Source: Ophelia neglecta
Taxonomy: Eukaryota
Length of the DNA stretch: 64,000 bases
Direction: 5' to 3'
NCBI GenBank assembly: GCA_965285935.1
Contig: OZ260662.1
Location: 98,952,001-99,016,000 of the forward strand
Positions 22,843-35,613 of the stretch are shown here, in pieces. Below the pieces are notes generated by a model. It was not told the origin of the DNA. It searched no databases and saw nothing but the letters and a program-made list of their open reading frames with translations. The translations under genes and the position numbers were made by a program. How positions within the stretch are numbered: the stretch's first letter is position 1; each line of letters begins with the position of its first letter.

Positions 22843-23854
22843 AAATTTAAAAACCGTTTTCCATCAGTCACCGTTAAATGACTCATTCTTGGTTTATGGT
22901 CCAAATGGGTAAGGCCTATTAAAAAATGGATAATTTCCAAGTTGTTTCATGACAGTAGAAAACTACAAAGAAAATTTTACAAGGCAATAGTTTAGTATTC
23001 CGCATCGCTTGGGTCTCCCAATTTTTCACGTATGCATTTGTTTATGCTTCATGTGTCCACCTGGTTTCGAATTGCGAATATAGATATATTTAATGGTTTA
23101 AGTATAAGTGTGACTGTGTGTAGTTTATTCCGCTGTCACTAAGCGTACATAACAGAGAGTTTGGCAACTAATTTGTATAAATAGATCCTACTCGTGCTAT
23201 TAATTACAGTGTTTTAAATTTAATTAATATATCCTACCTTTCTTTATAAATCTAAGTATTGTTACATGATTTTATAATAATACCCTTCGATTCGATTTTA
23301 ATATTGTTTTGAGGTCACATATTTACAAATAATACATACTATATCACCAAATAAGGTCAATTTATGATGACAAATCAACATATTCATGGGTAAATAGTAG
23401 AAGAATGCAATATAAATAGTTGTTATGATGTATTAATGACATGTCACACATGTCAAAGGTTGCTCTTTCTTTGTTTAATTGCTGATTGGCTTGAAATAAT
23501 TACGTGCTACTAATTTTTTATTCGTGTTTATACCAATTATTTGAGATTGTATGTATAGCACATTTCCCTTTATACATTGAAAAGCTCCCATTGAGCTCAT
23601 TTAATAACGATGAAAGGAGCAATTTATCAATGCCAATATTATCATAATGCTTTTAAAGAGTGCATATAAATTGGTCCAATTGTCTTGCGAGTGTTTATGT
23701 TAAATACTTTAGCCTGCACAGATTCTAGAGATATGTTTTATTCATCTGGGATGGTACTTGGCTGATTATTATCTGTAAATGTGCTAAGGGCGTCCAGTGG
23801 GGCCGGGCGGATGAGAACAAATTCTATTGAATAAATCTTTCAGAGTATTTTTAT

Positions 23855-24190
23855 TTCATGTCACATCCGTTAGCAAGGCGTTAATGTTTACCAAGGGTAT
23901 TGATAAAGACATTATAAGGATAGAATGTTTGTCAAAAAAAAAATAACCCAAACTAAAACAGACGATGTCAAGCTGTTCTGTTTATTTGGTTAAATGTCTG
24001 ATTGCTTGACTGGATGTCACTGTCACATCCGTTACAACAGATTCGAAACCTTTATAATCATAGCAAAGTTTAAAAATAGTTCACCTACATATTACTCATG
24101 ATCTACTAGAGGTCTCTAGGAGTGAAATTACTGATGGCTCGTGTTGTTATATAGGGGAACATGATGATGATTGTGTCACAACCGTTTTTA
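23855..24190. repeat. Repeated TGTCACA(T/A)CCGTT motif, probable non-autonomous DNA transposon
   Basis: Motif near 23859, 24021 and 24174; mirrored in arm B (35797-36135). Confidence 0.4.
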
Positions 24191-24442
24191 TTTATACTGT
24201 TTTCAGAAATTGATGGGGGTTAATAGTATGTATGGGTATAAAATCATTATTTGAACATACATATTATATTTACATGAGAGTTTAATCAATGGTAGTGCCT
24301 ATAATGTTAGCCCAATTCATAAGGCAAATTCCGTTAAAATAGTTTATATTGATCACACAATTAGTTGGATTTGCTAGGCGCGGCCAAAATTTAATAATTT
24401 CATTGAACATGTTGGGATAAAACCAAAGCCTAACAACCTTAA

Positions 24443-24690
24443 CCCTCAACGGCACGGAAGGGTCTTTTTTGACCCGGAAGGGTATATAAACCATTGTAAA
24501 ATTGTGGATTTTTGAGTTGCGTAAACATGGTTCCTGTTTATCCTCAAGCTATATGAGCGTAAGTTCAGTGTTTTTTATCAGGAATACTTGTACGGACCCT
24601 ACTTTGTCAAAATAAGTGCTTTCCAGGAATAGGCCTGCTATTAATCTTAAAATGAGCATAATAAACACATTTTTTTATGGCCTTATAGGC
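24443..24690 (+). mobile_element. piggyBac-like non-autonomous element end
   Basis: TTAA followed by CCCTCAACGGCACGGA and a GGGTC-n-GACCC subterminal palindrome; right boundary approximate. Confidence 0.55.
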
Positions 24691-25671
24691 TACAACATGG
24701 GAAGGAAATAGCCAATCAGATGCACGGCGTGCAAACAGAGATAATGGTGAGGGGCTCTTCCTGTTTAAAAATAAATCATTCATTTTTTAGTAAATATCAT
24801 GGCAGTTGGTCATTAAATAGTTTATTATATCTGATGTTGTAATTGAGGAAATAATATCAATAATATGTGTTTTGTTAAAGAAAATAAGTAGAATTGCACT
24901 TTACATGTATGTGTACTACTTGCTCAAATACGAAGTAGGTGAAATTAACAGTGTTCAAAGGGGGTAAGCCTCCGCGTTTAATCAATAGCCTACTGATATA
25001 ACGAAGAAAACGGTGCAATCGCATTTTAGGTAGCGCCGTTTTATGTGCATATGCTGAAAAATCGAGCTGGCAATGTTGTGTTTAAATATTAAGTAACCCA
25101 TTTCTTATAGAATGAGCTACAAACTAATATTAATGTGCTATTCCAACGATTGGTTTTTATATGTCATACTCAGCTAGAGGCTATAATAGCATTTATGGCA
25201 AAAGTCATTCCATGTTGAAGCCTAATAAGACAAATTCCCATTTATTCACACTATCTTTTTTTATCATACGGTTTTGACTAGTGACAACAGTGTCTACCCC
25301 CCCCCCCCCCCCAATGTTCCTCGTTTCACAGAGAGGTTTTTTAAAGCAATGAATTATTAATAATTTTGTTATTCTCAATATTATTCATTGCTCTTCTTTT
25401 ATCCCTGAAGGTGTCATTTTTAATTTCAATATTATTTGTATAATTTAATTAAAAGAAAACAGGAAGCACTTATGGCACTGAGTTTGCGCCTTTTGTTTGT
25501 TCAAAAGCTACTTATTTTTTATCAGTGTGGCGAAAGAAAGGTGAAGGTCCCTGAACGTAAATATCCGGCGTCTCATTTGGCAGACATTTCGTCTGCACGA
25601 AACACGTTTGATGACTAAGTTTTTACAATGTACAGAATTTAATGATGGCAGTTCAAAATAATAAGACGCAC

Positions 25672-26089
25672 CTGCTACGGCCTAAACATTGGCCTTTTCT
25701 TCCACTGCTGCTGGTCCGGTTGGAAATGCTATGTACTGAGTGGAGAAGTTATTTATTGCCGCCACAAACTGCCAATAGGCCTTGCTGACGGCGGACTTGG
25801 ACATCCCCATCCTGTCGCCGCAGAGCACCATAAAGCCACCGGAGGCAAGCTAAGACAGGAACACCAACACCACGTGAAGAACGGGAAGGGCGTGTCCTCT
25901 GTTTGTGGGGCGCACGAAACCAAAAAACACCATCTCGCACAACTTATGGATATACTTGGTATCGAAACGGAACTTCTCCCTAATCTGCTGCTGACTGAGA
26001 ACCTCAAGAGGGTTAAGCCTATCTGGGAAAAGACGAGTAATCGTTGCTTCTTCCTCCACACGGACTCTAGCGCGTCTCAGGGCAGCCAT
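25672..26089 (-). pseudogene. PIF/Harbinger (HARBI1-like) transposase exon 1, two in-frame TAG
   Basis: MAALRR…FPDRLNPLE…EKFRF…RPTNRGHALP…VLVFLS*LASGGFMVLCGDRMGMSKSAVSK…QYIAFP…NV*AVAG followed by a GT donor; follows the HARBI1 N-terminal HTH region. Confidence 0.85.
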
Positions 26090-26498
26090 TTTCCAAGTTC
26101 AAGTCACCTCCAAAGGTAACTTGGAAAATGACCAAGTTCAAGTCAAATACTTGCCTTGAACTTCCCAACATCCCAAGTATTTTTTTAAAACACACTTGGC
26201 GCCAGAAAAGTAAAATACATCAACTGTGTGTTTGCTTTTCCGTTTGTCCGTTTAATTATTAAGTAGTCGTCTCACTAAGTGATCAATAAAGGAACTAAAG
26301 GACACCTAGTACAAACATTGAACTAGCACAGTTTTGACCTAGCCGTGTCATCTAAGACGTATATATACTGAGAAACTACGATGAAAAGCTAAAGGCGAGG
26401 GAATATTTTGTTTAATCCATAGTATGTTCACCCACATTTTAAGCCATCGAAACAGCTAATAACAATCAATTCTTGACCGACATGTAAACATCCCATGG

Positions 26499-27964
26499 TT
26501 TCACATGTAAAATTGTAGCATCACTATATTGGTGCCAGAGTTTAAATGTATCATTCAAATAGAACTTAATGTATTGCTTATTAGTGTAGAAGTGTTAGTG
26601 TTAAGGGGTATTGCCTAAGGTACATTGGCATACTGAACATTGTGTATATCGTTCTCACCACAGCTTGATTTTAATTGTCTTATTTAACTTTTGGCCATAT
26701 CAGGGCCTATTGTGTACATGACTGCACATGCATTGTTCTGGTACCTGTCGACATACATACAAGGTGTTTCTGACAGGCCAAACAGGAGTTAGAGAATACA
26801 GTTGGTTGAAAGCACATGGAAAGTTAGGTGCCTCTGGCATAGGGCAGACACACCAGTATTTTACCAGCAATTTCAGTGAATTCCTGCAGTATGGAATTGT
26901 GAATCATATAGAGTTTGTGTTTAGTGAGTGTAGCACTGTGTTTTAAGCCGTGGAAATTCTTTAGTGTTAAATTGTGATTGGCTTGGAAATATTTGTGAGT
27001 CACGTGCGCAGTGGTAGGAGATGAATTCCTGCAGCGCTAACTCGTGAATTGCGTAGAGAGTTAGTGTATAGTTAGTGGAGTCATATCCCAGCAGTAGTGG
27101 AATTTCTTAAGGGTGTTTGTGTTAATTTAATGTATAATTCGTGTGAAAAAGCCACGTGATGGTGACGGGGCAATTCTAGAGCAGTGGAAGTGCGAACCTT
27201 GCTCAATGTAAATCTGTGTGGGTGCTAAACTGCTAATGGGGCTACAGTTTGGTTGCTGTGGAAATTGCTTTTAATCTCCTGCCTGCTGCATGTCGAAACC
27301 TGTGAAGGGCGGCCATCGGGTGAAATGACAGACATTATACAAGACTTCCCACCCCAGCAAGTAGTAACGTCTACCTGTATTATGAGACCACTTTAGGGAT
27401 GAGTACATCAACTACATTGCATTTATTTTGTCATGTTTAATTTGATTTCTATATATTTACTTTGAGAAAGGAGTGCCAGTGAACTTTATTTTCATGCATT
27501 CATGCTATCTGTATTATCGTGCTTAAATATTATGTCTTGACCAAGGGTGTCCATTATGAAGTAACTTTTGAAGGTGTGTAGTATTGCATATACTTTGTCA
27601 GATTTAATTTGATATCTATGTATCTACTTTTGAAGGTGTATACTTTTGATGAACCACGGTTGTTCTCATCCTGTGTCATTGTAATTGTGAAGTATTCAAG
27701 TTAAACCAGGGTGTCAATATTATTTTGTTTAATACTATTTGTTGGACCAAGGGTGACTATTGAGGTGATATTGACATACATTGAAGTTTGAGTAAATGTA
27801 ATGAGGCTGGATTGAGTACGACAACGGGGAAAACTTACCTATGAATAAACACTTACCTTATCTTACCTTACGGTCGTTGTTCTTGTGATGTTGCTTGTGG
27901 ACAGGTGTCCGTATCGAACTACTCTCGCACGCCCTTTAGCCAACACAGGCACCCACCTGTGACA
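26499..27964 (+). mobile_element. Solo LTR (~1.47 kb) inserted in the left TIR
   Basis: T(T)TCACA…TGTGACA ends, CATGG 5-bp TSD (26494-26498 and 27965-27969), AATAAA near 27845; TIR homology resumes right after it. Confidence 0.75.
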
Positions 27965-28444
27965 CATGGTATCGGATCTTTAAAACGTTCACAAAGTGAA
28001 TGCTTTAAAGAAAACCAGTGTATAATGCAGAATGTAAGAATTTATAGATACAATATATTTCTAAGTAGTTTACATCATCTTTATTATCGGACGAAAACTG
28101 TTTCCATTAAAATAGAGACTTACCCCTTGATAGGGGGTTCGTAGATAAACGCGCTAAACCTAGTCACACGACAAAGCTAGCAACTCCTCATGTATTGCAA
28201 GTTATACATTGGTTATCGTTAAAGTCTGTTCAAAGGTGGAAAACGCTCCTGTTTAAAATCATAACAGAGCTAATTGCATTATTTTCTAATTAGTAATACT
28301 TTCTTGAAATAACCTATAAAACTAACGACACCGATGACGTATTGCATAAGAATCTTATTTTACAGATGGTTTGATGGTTGTTTTTTATGCAATCAATGTA
28401 ATTATAACTAATCTAAGAACAACTTTCGTGGGTTGCCTGTTATC

Positions 28445-28870
28445 ATTCATATTGTTACCGGAGACAAAGAGTGTTAACGAGGACGCTTCTGGGCCCACCG
28501 AGAAAGCGGAGTATTCAGAGTAATACACACTGTCATCCCAAGCAGTCATGTCAACTCGGAGTTTATAGGGTCCGCTAGAAGTCAGCTAGTGGACGGTTTC
28601 TACCCCCAGCCATAACTCACCACATGGGTCCACGAACCCGGCAATCCAGCCATGATCGGCTGATATCATCGAACCATCAGTTTCCAATGAGTCACTCCCG
28701 GAGACCAAATTGGAAGTTTTGTTCTCTTGGTCGAAACTGTAGAAGATGTAGTTAGCCGTTGAGCATTTTACAGGACATTCAACATCTGAAGTACACTCCA
28801 GGTCCGATATAGTAGATTTGGACCATTGTACCACAATCTGGCTGTACCCGCACAATTGACGCCCTGACAA
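28445..28870 (-). pseudogene. Captured PAN/apple-like plus fibrinogen C-terminal (FReD) gene fragment
   Basis: AGFVDPCGELWLGVETVH*LTSSGPYKLRVDMTAWDDSVYYSEYSAFSVGPEASSLTLFVSG matches the FReD core; the upstream SDVECPVKCS…FYSFDQENKTSNL is PAN-like. Confidence 0.82.
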
Positions 28871-29539
28871 ATTTAAACCCTGACTGTTTTCAGCACCAGC
28901 AGTATCTACTTTGTGAACGTTTTAGAGGGCCGATACCATGGGATGTTAACATGACGGTCAAGAATTGATTGTTATTAGCTGTTTCGATGGCTTAAAATGT
29001 GGGTGAACATACTATGGATTAAACAAAATATTCCCTCGCCTTTAGCTTTTCCTCGTAGTTTGTCAGTATGTATACGTCTTAGATTACACGGCTAGGTCAA
29101 AACTGTGCTAGTCCAATGTTTGTACTAGGTGTCCTTTCGGTCCTTTATTGATTACTTAGTGAGACGACTACTTAATAAGTAAACGGACAAACGGGAAAGC
29201 AAACACACAGTCAAGTTGAGTAAACTAAGACAACAAACATCTAAATCGATTACAGTGGTTCTCATGTAATGTAACATGAATTTCATTATTAGGCCTACGA
29301 GACGCCGAAGCTGATTTCCAAATGTTGAAAATATAGTACGGCAGTTAGCGTCCTAAAGTAAAATATTGCACCTCCAAATGCAAACATTATTTTTATTTAC
29401 AGCATTCAATTGAAGCTGGGTAACACCATCTACCTACATATTAAAGGAAGTGATATGCATTTTATTAGAAACAGTTAAAAATGGCTATTACCAATCAGCT
29501 GTCGGAGGCGGAGGTCTTATTTCCGCGGTAGTGTGGTAA

Positions 29540-30458
29540 TTACCTTCTTATACTGACATGGCTACATGTTAAACCTGGTACATTAAATTAAGAAATCGGC
29601 TCTGCCAATTTAAATGTAATAACTCCTTTATTTAAGCTTCAAAAAAGAGCAGAGCGTATTGTTATTTCTGCGGCATATGCTATCACTTCGACTCCAACTA
29701 TAATAAATGTTTGTCTTTAATACTGACATTTACATATACAATACAAGTCAGTAAAATAAACTGTATATTTATCTTCACTTCAATCATTCCTTTCTCTTAA
29801 TTTTAATTATTTAAATCTGAATTGACATTGTAATATATTTACCAAGGTATAGTTTATTCTCTAATTGGTATGCTGGCCAATTGCACTTGCACTGTTTCCA
29901 TTAAAAATATCTAATAAGTACTTAAAACCAGTGATTAAGGGCAATGTTGGCAGAAAAACTTTTAGGTATCAAGGTGCTTTAACTTGGAATGCTCTTCCCG
30001 GGTATGTCAAGTCCAGCAGTAGTATCGAGACATTTAAGTCAAATTGTAAATCCTTTCTGCTAAACAGTTTTCACTGACTTGGTATCTGCCTGTAGGGAAT
30101 GTGACATGTTGTTTATTCGTTTCAAACATGTTTGGTAGCTTCATCCTGCAAATCGAGTGCTTCTTTTGCTGTGATAGTGGTATGTGATTTTTTGTGGATC
30201 ACCATGGATATAAGTTTTGTATTAAACTTTCTGGTGCTATCCCTTTCACTGGGTTACATATCTGTGTCATATCCTTGGTTTATGCTCAACGGTGCAGTTA
30301 AAAATCGATGGTGCTATTTGTGATCTCATTATAGTCAGACATGTTGGTCATTGTATGGGTTTTATTGCCTTATTTTTATTTTGAGGATGTATGTTCGATC
30401 TGTGATATATTGTATACTATGTTTTTACAGTGAATAAACTGAACTAAACTAAACTAAA
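29540..30458 (+). mobile_element. CR1/L2 LINE 3' fragment
   Basis: LFKLQKRA…, GRKTFRYQGALTWNALP…SIETFK; AATAAA plus (AAACT)n tail at 30434-30458. Confidence 0.8.
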
Positions 30459-31330
30459 TAATGTTTGTTCATACCCCAATATGGGGTCATATCCTCGTTA
30501 ATCACGATTTATTTTCTTTAGTGTATGCATTTATTTTATTGTATGTGCATTAATCTGTTTTACATATGTAGTTATTTCTTTGTATACTAAGCTGGATATT
30601 ATATAAATTTTGTGATCAATGAACAATTTTGAATTGCAATTTTTACATATGATTAGTGTAGCACGGACATTTAATAATGCGCCATCAATGGAGCCAGAAT
30701 ATAATGAAGGGAATGAATTCTTCGCTTTATTAGATCAACATAGTGCATCCAAAATGCAATAACTATAAGGCGTCCCCCCCCCCCCCCCCCGATTTTATTA
30801 TCTTATCACTTATCATAATATGGGGCGCGGGGCTGCACTTTTCATAGTATAAAAGGATACACGGAACCCATACAGCTAAGGGCACTTATGCTTTATCTTC
30901 TTCCATCGATACATTTTAAATGAGTAGCTGTCACAACTTCTGTAATGACGAGGGAATGATTTTTACAAATGACCTTAGAAAATCTGGAGCAATGAGTGCA
31001 AACATTTCTCATTATTAGTTAGTGAAACATAAACCGGCGATTGTACCGTTTTCTTCGTTGTATCAGTAGGCTATTGATTAAACGTGGAGGCTTTACGGAG
31101 GCGGATGTCATGGCTATTTCTTATTTGCACCAAGTAAAACAAGTCAGCAAGGCCAGGGAAGGGCTGGGGATTAATTTTAGGCTTTGAGAAAGGATAAGTT
31201 ATAATCTCGGAAATTCCTTTTGCATTATTCCTCAAGGCTCCGCGCCTCCGCTTTTAATCAAAAGCTTAACAATATAGTATTTTTGTGATTGGGATATCTA
31301 CTTTTAGTAAATTCTGTAAAGAAGATTTTA

Positions 31331-31760
31331 CCCTCAACGGCACGGATAAAAACACACATCGGCACGGACCAAATTTGACCCGGTGTACTTCTTTTGTCAA
31401 TTAATAATGCAAATGTGTATAGCATCCTGACAGTTGCTACTTATGTGTTTCCATACACAATTGTCACCATATGTAAACTTAATTTACAGTAGTTTTAGTG
31501 TTTAGATTTAATATTTCGTACCCTTTTGAAAATGTTGATTTTTGAAGAAATAAAAGATTATACAAGACTCAGGTTATTGCAGCCAACAATATTTGCATCC
31601 AAAATAAAAAGAAAAACAGTAACTTATGAGAGACCAAAAGATCTGTATGCAAAGTTATGCTCTAGAAAGGAAATTTTCAATATTTGGCTTTTTTGGGGGT
31701 TCAGAAATGACCAGCACTGGGTCAAAAATGACCCGTAAGACTTCTTCCATCCATGGCTAC
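31331..31760 (+). mobile_element. piggyBac-like non-autonomous element end, same 16-bp TIR as 24443
   Basis: CCCTCAACGGCACGGA, subterminal CGGCACGGA repeat, GGGTCAAAAATGACCC palindrome near 31719. Confidence 0.55.
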
Positions 31761-31769
31761 ATAAACAAT

Positions 31770-34700
31770 ATTGGTTTAAACATATTTATTTACATAATTT
31801 GGATTTTACAAAAGCCGAGGGCTTAACAAAGGTAATTTCCAAATAAATCATTGAGACAATATTTACAAATATGCGTGAGATAAAAATTAGATGATGAAAT
31901 GAGATGAGGGAGTTACTATACATATAATCAATTGACATTACATGCAATTTGTCTGCTGAGTCCAAAACACCAAGAAACTGGCAAGTAGACAGGGAGCGAT
32001 ATGATGCGACAATAATAAGAATAATCAATATAGTAGTCCAGATACGGGTTATTAAAGAAAATGAAAGACATATTGAAACAAAATATTTGTGAAATAGCCT
32101 ACTATTTACAACGAAATATAACAATAGTCACTGGTTTATAAAAAAATGATGCACAACCGATAATAACACAAATACATTAGATAATATTGCAAGAAGTATG
32201 ATGATGGTATAACAAAGCACCTGAACCAGGTAAGCATGAAGAACTCCAGAATAGGGTGTTCCTTATTTGTCAACCACACAGACACGCGAGAGGCCCACCC
32301 GCCGCCACCCATGCATAACTAGTTATACATAGGCAGCAGCGGACAGGCGCCCCGCGCATCCGCGTTCAAGGGCCCACAATGCAGTGCCAAGATGGACCAG
32401 GGAACCACTTAGTAGAGACACATGGAGATAATGTCGATAACATCAAAACTACGGCAGACTCTTTACAATAAGTAATTAGATAAAAAATAAATAAATGGGC
32501 CACTGTTAATCAGTGCATTTCCCGAGCAATTGACCACATTCAGACAAAATGTATCCAAATTTTAATTGAAACGTGGAATAATTATAAATTGACAATGGGG
32601 TCATTAGGAGACAAATCTGTGTGACTTCGTAATAAATTGCTCAACAATATTGGATAATTCAAGGGACATGTCATGATCATCACAGTTAAGTATAGTAGCT
32701 ATGCAATTTTCTGGTGAAACAGAATGGCGGTTTAAGAAGTCGACCAGGCGATCGCGGAGGGACGCGTACAATGGACAATAAAAGAAATAGTGGGAAAGGG
32801 TTTCGTTTTCAACGCCACATAGGCAAAGCGGAGATGCGATACAGTGGTTAAAATAGAGGTGGTTATTCAGGCAACTACAAGAAAGTCTGCACTGTGCAAG
32901 AAATATCTGGGTTTTACGTGATCCAATAAAAAAATATTTCGGTTTTTTTGGGGGGCAGTTTCGGATAAGTACTTTGAATAATCGCTTGTTCGTGCATTGA
33001 CGAGTTTTTACGGGAGGGGTATTCCATTCACTTTTGACTTATAAAAGAAAGAAGATTTGTATTTTTGAGTTCTACATTTTGGAAGGGCTAAAAGATTGTC
33101 AGACAGACTACGTGTGCTATAAGGATGCGAAGTAGTTACCGGTAAATTTTCCCACAGTTGATTAGGTGTGTTGTGATTATATAAATCAAATAATTTTAGT
33201 AGCATCGCCATCTTGCGGCGTGACTCCAGAGTTTCCCAACCAACTTCGAGTAGAAGCTGGTTGTGTGAAGTGCCTCGCCTTGCACCGCAGACGAGACGGG
33301 CGGCCTCAAGGTTTAAGTTTTCCAAAACTTTGGTCAATTCCATGGAAGTATTATCGAACAGTAGAGAACCATATTCGAGAAGAGGTCTGATATAGGTCTT
33401 ATAAGCTATATCAAGGCCCTTCCTAGACATCTTATATTTAACACTTTTCAAAATATTCATTCTTTGGCTAGCTTTTTTACTGATGTTAAGAATATGCTCT
33501 GCCCAAGATAGAGTGTTGGTCAGAATAATTCCCAGGTGAGAGTGGGACGTTGTGTTTATGCAAGGAGTGTCGCCGAGTAATAAGTCCAATGGAGAAGTGA
33601 TGAGCTTCCTACTAAAAAGGATACATCGTGTTTTCGGCAAACTAATTGAAACCTTCCATGCAGTACACCAATTATTAATTAGAGAGAGGTCATTGTTGAC
33701 TGAGAAGATTGCAGAGGCTAGATTTTTTGATGAAAACCTATGAAATAAGGAGGTATCATCAGCAAAAAGAAAGATAGAACTGGAAATGTTGTGAATGATG
33801 TCATTTATAGATTAAGAAGAGAAGAGGCCCGAGAACAGAGCCTTGCGGAACTCCGGCTGGAATAGATTTATAAGATGAGGCACCGCCAGGTAGAACAACA
33901 CGCTGGCGTCTATCAGTTAGGTAGTCACTTACCCACGAGAGAGTGTCACCATTAATGCCACAAGATTTCATCTTGTGAAAAAGGCCCTTATGCCAGACCT
34001 TATCAAAGGCCTTAGTAAAATCGATGAAAACTCCGATGACTTGGTCTCCAAAGTCGATAGCTTTGTGTATTTGTTCACAAATTTCCAGTAATTGATTTAC
34101 AGTGGAATCATTTGGGATAAACCCAGATTGGTTAGGAACAAGAATGTCGTGTGACTTTAGATGCCTAAATAAATGGTCAAACATTAGTCGTTCGAAAACC
34201 TTTGATAAGCAGGGGAGTAGTGATATCGGGCGATAATTATTACAGTCATACACACTGCTCTTTTTGTGAAGGGGAATGACATCGGCAGACTTCCAAGCAT
34301 TAGGAAATTTACACTGGGATAAAGATATATTAAATAATGATGCCAAAGGTTCGGACAGAGGCGCGGCTGCCTCCTTAAGGAGAAAATTGCCTACTTTATC
34401 TGCACCTGTAGCCTTCGATGGATTTAAACTTTTTAGAACATCAAACACCTCAGCGGTGGAAATTACTTTAGTTTCGATAGATGGTTTGATGAGAGGGGCA
34501 TCAGTATCCACAGGCAAATCATCGTTTGTCCCTCATTAAATAGTTGGGCTTTATGGGAGGGATCAGTAATGACATCGGCATCATGATGCAAGGGTGGCGA
34601 CGTCGGAGAATAACATGTATTAAGAATAGTTTTCATTTATCTCCTCCAACTAGGAGAAGAAATGTCATTACCAGAAGACACTAAGTCAATAGCTTTGTCA

Positions 34701-35613
34701 TGCTTTGCTTTAGCTTCACGCACTAAGTCAGTAATAGGTTTCTTGCCAGATTATACCGACGAAGGTGATCAATGCCAACGTGTTTTACTTTGTGTAAACG
34801 GTCACGTATAATCATCTGCCGTCTTATAGTAGAGTTAAACCATGGCTTGTCGTGGGGTCTGATAGTAACCATGTGGTGAGGGAAACAATGTTCACAAATT
34901 TGTAAGAGAAGATTTGTGAAATTATCAGTTACGTCATCAATGTCTGCGAGAGAAAGGATCATGTCCTAAGGAGCGTTATATATTAAATCTCGGTAGAGTT
35001 CGCGATTCCCGTTTTTAAAGTCCCAGATCATTCTTTGGAAACATGGACGTTTGGCAACGGCATGGAACATTTCGAGATATATAGGATAATGGTCACAATT
35101 ATCCACCAAGCGAGGAAGTGTCCCTTTCGAAACCACAAGATCAGAATCATTAATAAAAATATGGTCTAGACAAGCTTCAGAGTGTGAGTCACTGCGGGTG
35201 ACATCGCTAATTATTTGTGAGAAACCACGCTGCTTGAAAAAAGCGTTAACGAGTCGACCGTCTTTATTTGTATGATCAGTTGAGCACCACTGATCATTTT
35301 TTGCATTTGTGTCGCCAATAAAAACCATAATGTTATGACTTTCAGAGGAAGATTCGATTACTTCGTTGATGCCACTGAGAAAATGAAGGCAGTCTTCGTT
35401 TGGAGGCCGATAATAAAAACACAGTAGCACGGAGATGTTTCGTACCTTTACACTTAAGCATATATTTGCTATGATGATTCTACTTCGGAAATGTGTTTCC
35501 CATTAAATGTCTCTGATAAATAAACAGCAAGACCGCCCCCTATGCCTTCACGGTCCCTACGAATAGGAGACATGTAACCAGGAAGTACAACAGATGAACT
35601 AGGGGTAGTGTTT
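31770..35613 (-). mobile_element. CR1-clade LINE, 5'-truncated, frameshifted ORF2 (APE endonuclease, RT, CCHC) with long 3' UTR
   Basis: RRDREGIGGGLAVY, YYRPP, GDTNA, LDHIF, DHYPI; NYRPISLL, QSGF, DFTKAFDKV, GVPQGSVLGPLLF, FADDT; CLCG…HYFFYC; stop near 32605; AATAAATATGTTTAAAC 3' end near 31775. Confidence 0.93.

Larger units (their letters stand above)
7780..24363 (+). repeat. Left arm of the inverted segmental duplication
   Basis: Colinear reverse-complement match of exons and introns to 35614-51800. Confidence 0.95.
26224..29210. mobile_element. Long-TIR fold-back (Pack-type) element with ~300-bp TIRs
   Basis: 26224-26498 plus 27970-27997 is the reverse complement of 28908-29210; flanked by a TCAA direct repeat (candidate 4-bp TSD). 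Confidence 0.75.

Noticed and set aside
27870-27985. Further FReD exon on the minus strand
   Set aside because: It lacks the FSTxDxDND and GGWW motifs and is accounted for by the LTR end and TIR.
24966-31093. The 57-bp inverted repeat as the Harbinger element's own TIRs
   Set aside because: There is no clean TWA TSD, related motif copies lie nearby, and the Harbinger end more plausibly lies near 26190. Kept only as an open finding.
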